Positions 8,777-17,600 of a stretch of 64,000 nucleotides of DNA are shown here, in pieces. Origin of the DNA: a virus (taxonomy: Duplodnaviria; Caudoviricetes); IMG/VR virus record IMGVR_UViG_2636415863_000002, positions 1-64,000 of that record; one strand, 5' to 3'. The notes below the pieces were generated by a model. That model did no database searches, was not told where the DNA came from, and was given only the letters and a program-made list of their open reading frames with translations. How positions within the stretch are numbered: the first letter of the stretch is position 1; each line of letters begins with the position of its first letter. Position numbers and translations under genes: made by a program.

Positions 8777-9765
8777 TCGGCTAGCCTGGTCGCGATCTTC
8801 TCGGCGACCTTCTCGGCGATGAGGTCGACGAGGTTGGTGCTGGCGGCGACCTGGTTGGCGAGCGCGGCGACCTGGGCGTCCGTCATCTGCACGGCCCCGG
8901 TGGCGGTCTCCAGGTTCTTCACGCGGGCGAGGGTTTCCCGGCCGACCATGACCTGCGTGTACTGCGTGTACTTCGCGGTCCAGGTGCTGTTGGCAACCGT
9001 CTTGCCGTCGGGCCCGTAGTAGTCGCTGTTGTTGTACGGCGGTACGGCGGCAGGGATGACGTCGTCACCCCAAATCCGGTCGAGGTCGCTGTTCTCCAGC
9101 ACGCCACCGCCTGCAGCGAGCTTGGCGAACACAGCGTCGGCAACCTTGCTGATGTCGTCCGAGGTCAGAGCCACGGGGTCCTCCTGAGTGTTGCTGGCCC
9201 ACGCGGCGAGCGCGGCGCGGTCGGGGAAGTTGGCGACGTCATGGTCGATGTTGTTCGCCGTGCTGTACTGGTGGAAGGTCCAGCCGTAGTCGATGCCGGG
9301 CTGGCCAGCGGGCTCGCCGCCGGTGGCGATCCACAGGAAGTCGCCGCAGGTCGAGGTCTGGTCGACGTTGCGCCAGTAGTCGGTGTTGCAGTACATGCCG
9401 ACGCGGTGGTCGGGTATGACGCTCTTGACGTACTTCAGCCAGGCGTCCCGGTAGGCGATCTGCTGGGCTTTGGGGACGGCCTTGTTGGCGGTGTCGTAGC
9501 CCTCCCAGTCGAGGACGATGAGATCGCCGGGCTTCCACGCCACCTGCTTGAGGAAATACGTCGCCTCGGCCTTCGGGTCGTTGGCCATGTGCGGATAGTG
9601 GTAGGCACCCCACACCAGACCGGCAGCCTTCGCTCGGTCGCGCTGTGCCACCCACCGCGGGTTGATATAAGAGAGCCCCTCAGTGATCTTCGTGAAGACG
9701 AAGTCAAGGCCGCTCGTGCTGTACGTCTCCGACTGGTATGCGGAGACGTCGATGCCGTGGATCAT
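8773..9765 (-). CDS. Endolysin, GH25 lysozyme
   Basis: GIDVSAYQ, KITEG, GAYHY, LDWEG, FHQY motifs. Confidence 0.9.
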   Translation of the reverse strand: MIHGIDVSAYQSETYSTSGLDFVFTKITEGLSYINPRWVAQRDRAKAAGLVWGAYHYPHMANDPKAEATYFLKQVAWKPGDLIVLDWEGYDTANKAVPKAQQIAYRDAWLKYVKSVIPDHRVGMYCNTDYWRNVDQTSTCGDFLWIATGGEPAGQPGIDYGWTFHQYSTANNIDHDVANFPDRAALAAWASNTQEDPVALTSDDISKVADAVFAKLAAGGGVLENSDLDRIWGDDVIPAAVPPYNNSDYYGPDGKTVANSTWTAKYTQYTQVMVGRETLARVKNLETATGAVQMTDAQVAALANQVAASTNLVDLIAEKVAEKIATRLAE

Positions 9766-9768
9766 GCC

Positions 9769-10560
9769 TCACACTCCATTCACGGCGAGGAGAGCCCGCA
9801 CTTGGCTGGCGAGATCTGCGGCGGTCAGTGCGGGCTTCGGGGAGGGGGCGACCGACCAGACGGGGACGGTGACGTCGCCGTCCTGTGAGAGCAGCCAGGC
9901 CAGATTCGTCTGGCTGTACCAGGCGCTGCCGTGAGCCCCCCACGACTCGCCCCAGGAGTTATCGAGGCGGTACGCCTTGCGGTCGGCGTCGTAGGCGCTG
10001 ATGACGTACTCGTGGCCGCCCGCGACCTGGCTCTTACGGTCGACGACGACGTAGCCATCAGGGTCGATGTTGAACATGCTCTCCAGCCAGAGCGTGCCGA
10101 CCATGACCGGGCCCGCCTGGAGGGCGCTGTTGAGGGCATCCAGCGAGAAGGCGTGCGTGTACTTCGCGGCCAGGCCGAGCTTCACCAGGGCTTTGGCGGC
10201 GCCGAGGCCACTGCTGCCGGTGTCGTCGGGTGGGTAGGCGCCGCGGATGCTGTCGAGTTGCGTGGCCAGGCTGTACACCTGAACGGCCAGCTGCTCGTCG
10301 ACGGGTACCGCGTTCCCGGAGATGGTGACCGAGGTCAGGCCCGGTCGGGCGGACGAGTCGGTTCCAAGCAGGCCAGCTGCCGCATTGCCGGTGCAGGAGC
10401 CGACCGAGCCCTGGTCGAAGATCGGTGCGCGGCGCTGCCAATCAACCGTCTTGATGGCCGACTGTGGCAGGACGCCGTGCGCGTACCGCAGCGAGCGTGG
10501 GTCATGCTGGACGTGCCGGCCGAGACGCGGATCGGGTTGCGCAAGGTGGTGCGTGTACAA
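9769..10560 (-). CDS. Papain-like (C1) cysteine peptidase
   Basis: VDW, DQGSVGSCTG (Gln/Cys), GGHEY (His), NSWGESWG (Asn). Confidence 0.85.
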   Translation of the reverse strand: MYTHHLAQPDPRLGRHVQHDPRSLRYAHGVLPQSAIKTVDWQRRAPIFDQGSVGSCTGNAAAGLLGTDSSARPGLTSVTISGNAVPVDEQLAVQVYSLATQLDSIRGAYPPDDTGSSGLGAAKALVKLGLAAKYTHAFSLDALNSALQAGPVMVGTLWLESMFNIDPDGYVVVDRKSQVAGGHEYVISAYDADRKAYRLDNSWGESWGAHGSAWYSQTNLAWLLSQDGDVTVPVWSVAPSPKPALTAADLASQVRALLAVNGV

Positions 10561-10577
10561 GGGCCCTCCCGGGCATG

Positions 10578-10597
10578 AAAAAAGCCCCGGAGGGGCT
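10578..10597 (-). terminator. Intrinsic terminator between tail and lysis genes
   Basis: AGCCCC-TCC-GGGGCT followed by a T-run on the minus strand. Confidence 0.6.
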
Positions 10598-10617
10598 GAT
10601 CGTTGGGCGCCGTGGCG

Positions 10618-10830
10618 TCAGGAGACTTCGGGCTGCGGGTCTAGGAGGGTCGCGGTGAGGATCTCCATCTGCTGACCGCAGACACCGCAGACGACGGCGT
10701 AGCGGATACCGTCGTTGGAATAGAACTGCGGGATGTCGAAGACCTGGTTGTAGTTGCGGCAGTCCGGGTTGTTGTCTCGGGCGGTGACCTCGTAGTACAG
10801 CGCGGGTTCGAGCGTGACGTCGCTGCTCAT
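10618..10830 (-). CDS. Small Zn-ribbon-like tail accessory protein
   Basis: C..N and CGVC motifs; ATGA overlap with upstream tail gene. Confidence 0.65.
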   Translation of the reverse strand: MSSDVTLEPALYYEVTARDNNPDCRNYNQVFDIPQFYSNDGIRYAVVCGVCGQQMEILTATLLDPQPEVS

Positions 10831-11639
10831 ATGCCGATGACCATCCAGTTCACGGTAGTTGCGGTCAGGTTTTGCCGGTTCAGCCACACGTTCAGCCCGG
10901 TCGAGCTGATGTTGTTGGTGCTGACGCCGGTGACGCCGTCAGGGGTGCCCGTAGAGCCCGGCCGAGACGTCACGGGCGAGGCGAAGGCAATGAATGTTGA
11001 TCCGCGGACGTTGAGGCCGCTGATGACAGCCGACGTCGGTGTGTTCGCGGCTGACGGCGTGATGACCACCGAGCCCCACGCCAGGTTCCCCGAGGTCGTG
11101 ACGCCGGAGACGTCAAGGTTCGCGGTCGTCGTGCCGTCTCCGGTGACGTAGACGTAGGGTGCGCCACCGCCGGACACCGTCTCCAGGATGATGAGGGCGC
11201 GCTTATCGGCTGTTCCGACGGCCCCGGACGTCACGATCATGTCCGCGTAGCTGGATCCGTCGGTGAGGTAGAGGAGCCCGCCATTCATAGCGATGATGCC
11301 GTCGTCGATGGTGCGGAAGGCCACTGTTCCGCCGCCCATGAACGACGTGATGTTGTACGGGAACTGGAAGTCGCGACTCCACCAGCCCCCGCCACCTGAC
11401 GTGTCAGGGCCGGCCTGGGCAATGAGTTGGCTGCCGTCCGAGCCGCCGTAAATATTCAGGTCCTGGGTGCTGCCGTCCAGCTCAAGCCGTGATCCGCTGG
11501 CCGCGGTCCGGATGAGGCCGGCAGTTGCCGAGCCGAGGCGGCGAGCTGCCCGCAGCTCACGAACCTCGCGTTCCAGGGCGGCCAGGCGGCGCGCCAGGCT
11601 GGTGGCGTCGGGCGGCAGTTGGTCCAGTTGGCGCGGCAT
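10827..11639 (-). CDS. Minor tail / fibre-like protein
   Basis: N-terminal coiled coil LARRLAALEREVREL, beta-rich C-terminus, synteny. Confidence 0.75.
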   Translation of the reverse strand: MPRQLDQLPPDATSLARRLAALEREVRELRAARRLGSATAGLIRTAASGSRLELDGSTQDLNIYGGSDGSQLIAQAGPDTSGGGGWWSRDFQFPYNITSFMGGGTVAFRTIDDGIIAMNGGLLYLTDGSSYADMIVTSGAVGTADKRALIILETVSGGGAPYVYVTGDGTTTANLDVSGVTTSGNLAWGSVVITPSAANTPTSAVISGLNVRGSTFIAFASPVTSRPGSTGTPDGVTGVSTNNISSTGLNVWLNRQNLTATTVNWMVIGI

Positions 11640-12725
11640 TCAGCCCTCCTCCACGATGATGGGGCGGACGCGGTCGGCGCCCGGGTCGAGCTCCCACGAC
11701 CAGCAGCGGGCCGCTATGTCGGTGCCCTGTGGGTGCCGCGGTGAGTGTTCGACAGCGAGACGGACGGTGTCGCCCAGAGACCAGTCCCGTCCCAGTCGGG
11801 GTGCCCGTGAGGCGACGGCTTCGATGTTCCACACCTGCGCGCCTTGCTGCATGAGCGCGAGCGACTGCGTGGCGTGTGCTTCGAGCTGGTCGGGGTCGGT
11901 GACTCCCGCGGCCGGGGTGTAGCGGTATTCCCAGCGTGGCCAGCCTGCCGCCAGCAGTGCGGTGGCTTCGTGCGCCGCCGAGGTGAGCCGCGATGATCCT
12001 TCACCTTCGCCGCGGGCGGTGACGACGGTGGCCCCTTTGCCGTCCTCGTAGGACTCGGTGAGGGTGTAGTTGGAGACGCAGCCGGGGAAGTCGAAGGTGC
12101 CCTCGGGCGTGGCGACTTGAGTTCCGATCGCCGAGCGGACCCGCAGTGGGAACTGGAAGCCGGAATGATCACTGTTCCATGTGACGTCGATGGTCCATTC
12201 CGGGCCGCCTTCCAGGCCCATGAGCTCCTTGAGGCAGGACAGGATGGTCTTGTCGTCGCCGTCCTGTGTCAGGTAGTTCATGGTCACGCCGGTTCCGGGG
12301 GCGTCGAGGGTGATCGGCGGACCGGCGGTGAGTGCGGGGGTGACGAGCGCGGACACCACGGCCGCCTGGTCCGTCGCAAGGAGGGTCTGGGTGCCGGGGT
12401 AGCGGGAGTCGAGATAGCGCTCCAGGGTGGCCGCGCCGAGCTGAACGGTCTGCGTGCTGCCGCTCGCGCGGGTGAGAGCGACGCCAGCCCAGATCGGCGT
12501 GTCGGTGGCTGTGTCCACCGCGACGTAGGCGCTCTGCCCCGGGACGGTGGCCTCCTCCCAGCCGCTCGGCGCCCCGGAAAGCGCGAGTTCGAACTGGAGG
12601 GTGGTGGCGTCACCGAGCTTGCGCGTAAGGGCGCCGGTGGGCTTGAGCGCACGCAGGTCTTCGACGATGCCGCCAGTGCGCAGGTCACAGCCGTACCAGG
12701 CGAGCCGGTAAGGGAGCTCGCTCAT
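11640..12725 (-). CDS. Minor tail protein (baseplate hub-like)
   Basis: Synteny; WSLGDTVRL C-terminal OB-like motif. Confidence 0.75.
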   Translation of the reverse strand: MSELPYRLAWYGCDLRTGGIVEDLRALKPTGALTRKLGDATTLQFELALSGAPSGWEEATVPGQSAYVAVDTATDTPIWAGVALTRASGSTQTVQLGAATLERYLDSRYPGTQTLLATDQAAVVSALVTPALTAGPPITLDAPGTGVTMNYLTQDGDDKTILSCLKELMGLEGGPEWTIDVTWNSDHSGFQFPLRVRSAIGTQVATPEGTFDFPGCVSNYTLTESYEDGKGATVVTARGEGEGSSRLTSAAHEATALLAAGWPRWEYRYTPAAGVTDPDQLEAHATQSLALMQQGAQVWNIEAVASRAPRLGRDWSLGDTVRLAVEHSPRHPQGTDIAARCWSWELDPGADRVRPIIVEEG

Positions 12726-13756
12726 GTCGCCGACTCGTAGATGCCGGTCATGCGTACCTGTGCGCCGCTGGCGAAGGTCTCCGGCTGGGCGGGGGTTTGC
12801 CCACCGATCCGGACGTTGGTGGAACTGAGTGGGAAGAACGGGGCGAAGGAGCTGGCGCCCGGCGAGAGGACGAGCTGCCCCATCCAGCGGTCGGTCCCCA
12901 GCAGGTGCGCGTTACCGATGTAGGACGCCCCAACGCTGGCGACCGCGAACGGCGGCAAGGTGAAGTTGTAGGAGCCGGACCCGTAAGTGGTGGTGCTGCC
13001 GGTGGTCAGGTTAACGTGGAAGATGACCGTGCGGCCGATCTTCTGATACCGACCAATCAGCGTACCGTTACCGAGGACCGGGTTGGTGGTGGACGCCGAC
13101 CAGGTCGGCGTGTACGCCGTCCAGGCGCCCGGAATCTTGAAGTAGGTGTCCCAGGAGGACCCATTCCAGCGCAGCAGGTCGGTGCCGCTGTCGTAGTACT
13201 GGCCTGTGTACGGGCTGGATGGCGCCGTCGAGGACGGCCAGATCCCGCCCGGCGCCACCGCGACCGGCCGCACCGACGTGGACACCGAGGCGGTGCCGCC
13301 GTTAGAGACCGACAGCACGGTGATAGTGGCGAGCGGCATGTAGATCTGCGTGCCCGCCGGGGTCGGCGCGACCGGCGTCGACGACGGCGTCCCGGCCAGG
13401 TAGACGATGTCCGCCTTGTTCAGGCCGGACGCGTCGACCGAGTTGTCCCACACCCTCAAATAGACCAAATCGATCCTGTTGAGAGTGGCGTGCGGCGCCG
13501 TGTACGTGCCCGGTGACACGGAAGTCGGGAACGCCGCCCGGTACACGCCCTGCCCGGCGTAGGCGACGGTGGCGACGCCCGCCGAGCAGTTGATGGTCGT
13601 ACCGGCCAGGGTGACGGTGAGGCCGGGGTCACCGGGCCGCACGCCCGACAGCGAGCCCAGGGCGGTGCCGTTGGGCATGGCGAACGCGGAGTCCGCGTTC
13701 CGGGCCTGCAAGCCCGTGAAGTTGAGCGTGTCGATCGCCCACGGGTTGACCGGCAT
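12722..13756 (-). CDS. Minor tail protein / receptor-binding candidate
   Basis: NRIDLVYL...YMPLATITV, WTAYTPTW...GNGTLIGRYQKIG motifs. Confidence 0.8.
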   Translation of the reverse strand: MPVNPWAIDTLNFTGLQARNADSAFAMPNGTALGSLSGVRPGDPGLTVTLAGTTINCSAGVATVAYAGQGVYRAAFPTSVSPGTYTAPHATLNRIDLVYLRVWDNSVDASGLNKADIVYLAGTPSSTPVAPTPAGTQIYMPLATITVLSVSNGGTASVSTSVRPVAVAPGGIWPSSTAPSSPYTGQYYDSGTDLLRWNGSSWDTYFKIPGAWTAYTPTWSASTTNPVLGNGTLIGRYQKIGRTVIFHVNLTTGSTTTYGSGSYNFTLPPFAVASVGASYIGNAHLLGTDRWMGQLVLSPGASSFAPFFPLSSTNVRIGGQTPAQPETFASGAQVRMTGIYESAT

Positions 13757-13768
13757 GAATGCCCCCTC

Positions 13769-14641
13769 CTACATCCAGGCCGATCGCCATGTGGCGGTCA
13801 GCATCGCGGTCGCGTTGTAGGTGCCGGACTGGAACTGGTAGTTGACGGATGACCCGGCCGGGATGGTGGGCCAGCCGCCCGAGACGGTCATGAAGCGGCG
13901 CCTGGATACGGTGCCGTTGAGCATCACGCTGTGGGCGTCGGTGTCGATGGTGAGGACGTCCCCGGATTGCAGGTCGAGGGAGTAGATGAGCTGTTTGACG
14001 GTGCCGTCCGGGTAGAGGGCGGCGACGCTGGGCGCGGTGACCGGGCCTGCGACGGTCAGTACCGGTCTGGTTTCGAAGGATCCGGTGTTCACGGCGTTGA
14101 TCACGCCCGAGACGGTCGTCGCCGAGAACGTGATCGGGAACGTCACCGGAAAGGCGAGGCCACCGCTGGTGGTCGGCAGCCCCGCCGTTCCGGACTGCAA
14201 ATTGGTGCTGTAGCGGCGCGGGTCCGCGGCGGTGACCATCACGCTGTACGTGGCGATCCGGTCCGTCACGTAGGCGAACAGGGGTTTTCCTGACCGTCGC
14301 ACAACCGCCTGCTTCGGCGTGGTCAGCTCGTACACCACCAGCGTGGTGTCACTCAGAGCATCGGCGGACCGCAGCCGGTCCAGAGCGTCCTCCAGCGTCA
14401 CCCGGTCCGGTGCGGTGACCGTGCCGGCCAGCGTGATGGGCCGGGAGCCGAAGTAGACGGGGCTGGCCCATGCCCCGTGGTCGGCTTCCCTTTCGGTGTA
14501 TTCGGAGCGGACCTCGGCACCATCCCAGCCTTCTAGGGACTGGAGCGACCAGGCGACCCCGGCCGTGTCCACCCCGCCGAGCGGGATGGGGCCGAGGTCG
14601 ACTCGGAGCCCGCCGAGATCCGTGCCTGGAGTGAACGCCAC
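13769..14641 (-). CDS. Distal tail protein (Dit-like)
   Basis: First gene after tape measure; RPITLAG, AADPRRY, NTGSFETRP, TWRSAW. Confidence 0.8.
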   Translation of the reverse strand: MAFTPGTDLGGLRVDLGPIPLGGVDTAGVAWSLQSLEGWDGAEVRSEYTEREADHGAWASPVYFGSRPITLAGTVTAPDRVTLEDALDRLRSADALSDTTLVVYELTTPKQAVVRRSGKPLFAYVTDRIATYSVMVTAADPRRYSTNLQSGTAGLPTTSGGLAFPVTFPITFSATTVSGVINAVNTGSFETRPVLTVAGPVTAPSVAALYPDGTVKQLIYSLDLQSGDVLTIDTDAHSVMLNGTVSRRRFMTVSGGWPTIPAGSSVNYQFQSGTYNATAMLTATWRSAWM

Positions 14642-14654
14642 CGCGCCCCCTTCC

Positions 14655-17600
14655 TCAGCCGACGAAATTCATGTGGCGTGCGATGTCGGCGGCTTGTTCG
14701 GCGCTGGACTGCTTCGCGCCGTTGAGGGTGATGTTGGTGATGCGGTCGCCGCTTCCTCCTGACCAGTGGTCGCGGTAGCCGCTGCTGGCGTACCGGCTTG
14801 CCGGGACCAAGTGGAATCCGAGCGCCGCTGCCGAAGCAGCCAACAGGGCCCGACTGCGGATCGAGGCGTTAAGTGGGATGAACGCCTCGGGTACGCCTGC
14901 CTCCCCGGCGAGAACCGGGGTCGGCTGGGTGAGGATTCCGCCGATGGCCATGGCCTGTCCGCCCTGCGAAACCCACTGCCGCACGAAGACGTCCTTGTTC
15001 GCCGTGGGCAGCCCGCTGATCTGTTTGGTCATCTTCGGCACGAGGGCCTTGATGACGTCGACGCCCAGGCCTGCGGCGATGAGGTCCGCGTAGCCGCGTC
15101 CCTTGCCGCCGCGCAGCGTGGACAGCAAGATCAGGCTGTTAGCCAGGTCGTCGCCGGTGAGTGTGGACTGCGCGGTGGTGACGGCCTTGTTGGCGGCCGC
15201 CGCCCCCTTGCTGGATCCGGTCGCCGCCTGGTGAGCGACGGCCATCGCGTTCGCGTCGCCCTGCGCTGCGAGAGCTTGGGCGAGGTTACCGAAGCCTTGC
15301 GCGGCGAGTTTCTGCAGGTCGGCAGCGAACTGCTGGGACTGCTGGGTGGACGTACCGAGCTGCTTGGTGAAGTCGCCCAGCGTGGCCTTGGCCAGCTCTC
15401 CGGTCTTCTGCAACTTGTCCGCGATGTCCTTGAACTGCCTGTTGGACGCCTTCGCCAGGGCGTTGACCAGGGCGTAACCGTCCTGCCCCATGCCCTCCAG
15501 CGTCGACTTCAGCTCGGCGCCGCCCCGCTTGCCGATGGTGACCAGGTTGTGGCGCCACCAGGTCGTCGCCGCCACGGACTTGGCGAGTTGCGCCTCGTAC
15601 CCCTTCAGGTCGAACCCGACGGGCACCTTGGCGCCTCTTCTCAGCCCGAGCGCCGCGTCGTCCTTGTTGACGACTGCCCGCTTGGCGCGGGCGTTGGCGT
15701 CCGCCTGCCGCTTTGCGGATTCCGCCTTGTCGACCGCGGATTGGGCGGCCCGCAACTGCGCGGCCGTGTGATGCCCGTGGCGGACCCGGGACAGGTTCCT
15801 CTCAGCGTTGGTAAGGGCGTCGGCTTTCTTCTTCGCGTCTGTGAGGGCGCTGTTGAGGCTGTTCCATGCATCCTTGAGGTTCTGGATTGCCTGGTCGTAG
15901 CGGGTCTTGGCGTCCGAGGGCCCGCCGAGTACCGGCTGGCCGCTGGGCGTGTACGTGAAACCAGGGATCCCGCCGGACGCGTAGGTCGTGACGCTGCCGT
16001 CGGCGTTCCAGGCGATGCCCTTGCCACCGAGGCGCTTGACGGTCTCCTCGGCGACCTTGCGGGAGCGGCCGCGCTTGGAGGGGGCGAGGGGGATGTATGC
16101 CTCTCCCTCGGTCTCGGGCTCTGCCCACACGCGCCAGGTGCCAGCCGGCGCGAACTGTGCGATGTGCTGCTCAGCACCGGCGGCGAAGCGACGGACACCG
16201 CCGCGCTGGACGCCGCCGTTCGCGTAGTAGTCAACGGTGCCACCAGTGGCATACCCCGACGTTTCCGCCGCGTTCTTCGCGGCCTGGCTGCTGCCGCCAC
16301 CCCGGATGACAGTCTCGAAAATCTGACGGCGGGTGACGGTGATAGTCGCTGAGCTGCCCGACACGCTGTTGATCGCGCGCTGGATGGCAGCCACAGCAGC
16401 CCTCGGGCCGCCCGTGGGCACGGTGATCCGCACGGTGCCGTCCTGCATGTGCGTGACCTTGAAGCCGAGAGCCTCCAGCGCGGCGATGGCAGTGCCGGTC
16501 AGCGCCGTCATCGTGAAGGACTTGCCGTGGGTGTCCCGCACCTTCTGCTGGACCTGGTTCAGCTCCCGGATGGCGCTGGCGGTCTCGGCGTCGACCTTGA
16601 CGGTTTTTGAGGGAAGCCTCTTCGCGATCAGGGCATCGAGAGCGGCGGCGGCCTTTCCGGTCGGGGCGGTAATTTCCATCTGCCGTCCGCCGGGCAGGGT
16701 CTTGACCTTGAAGCCGACGCTCTCGATGTCCTTGACAGCCTCGGCGGTCAGCGCGGACACCTTGATCGTGGACCCGGTCGGCATGTGCCCGGCGAGCCCC
16801 TGCACGTAGAGGAGTTGCTTCTCGGTGTCCGACAGGCCGGGCGTGGACATGGTGATGGCCAGGCTGCTCGGGATGAACCCCATCTGGTTGGCGAGCACCT
16901 TGGCCTGGTCCGCGGACAGGCCGAACGCCTGCCCAGCTTTGACCGCGGCCGCCCATGCGCTCTGCATGCGCGCCTCGGACTCCTGCAGCGCCGGCACCAC
17001 GGCAGTCCCGTTGGCGCGCGCGAAGTCATACGTGGCCTGCGCTGCCGACGCGGTCTGCTCGTTCAGCGCCTGCAGCTTGTTCCACAAGCTCTGGCCGTTC
17101 TCCGAGGTCGTGTTCAGGCTGCCGTCAACCTGGAGGAGGGCGCTCTTGTAGCCCTTGGACTTGTCTACCCCGTCCTTGTAGCTGCTGTTGAGGTCCAGCA
17201 GCGCCTGGTTCATGTTGGCCATCGCCGCCTGCACGTCCAGCTCGCCACCAGACAGCAGGTCGAGGGCGGTGTGCAGGGCACGGGCCTTGGTGTCGGCATC
17301 GGATGCCGAGTCGCCGAGCGTCTTGATGGCGCTCTGCAGCCGCCCGGTGGGGTCGGTGGCGTCGAGTGCAGCCGCGCCGGATCCCTTGACAGCGTCGGCC
17401 AGATCCTTCTGCTTCTTCTTGGCCGTGTCGAACTCGCCGGACAGGCTGCCGAGCGCGTCAGCGGCGTTTTTGTAGGCTTCCCCCTGCGGTGTGTACACCT
17501 TCTGGCTAGTCCGGCCCGAGGCGATCCACTGCGCGTTCTCCTCAGCGGCGGCCGACAGCCGCTTGCGCAGAGTGTCGATGCTCGTGCCCTGCCCGAGATA

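Noticed and set aside
10827-13756. Diversity-generating retroelement or invertible tail-fibre cassette
   Set aside because: No reverse transcriptase, no template/variable repeat pair and no flanking inverted sites seen
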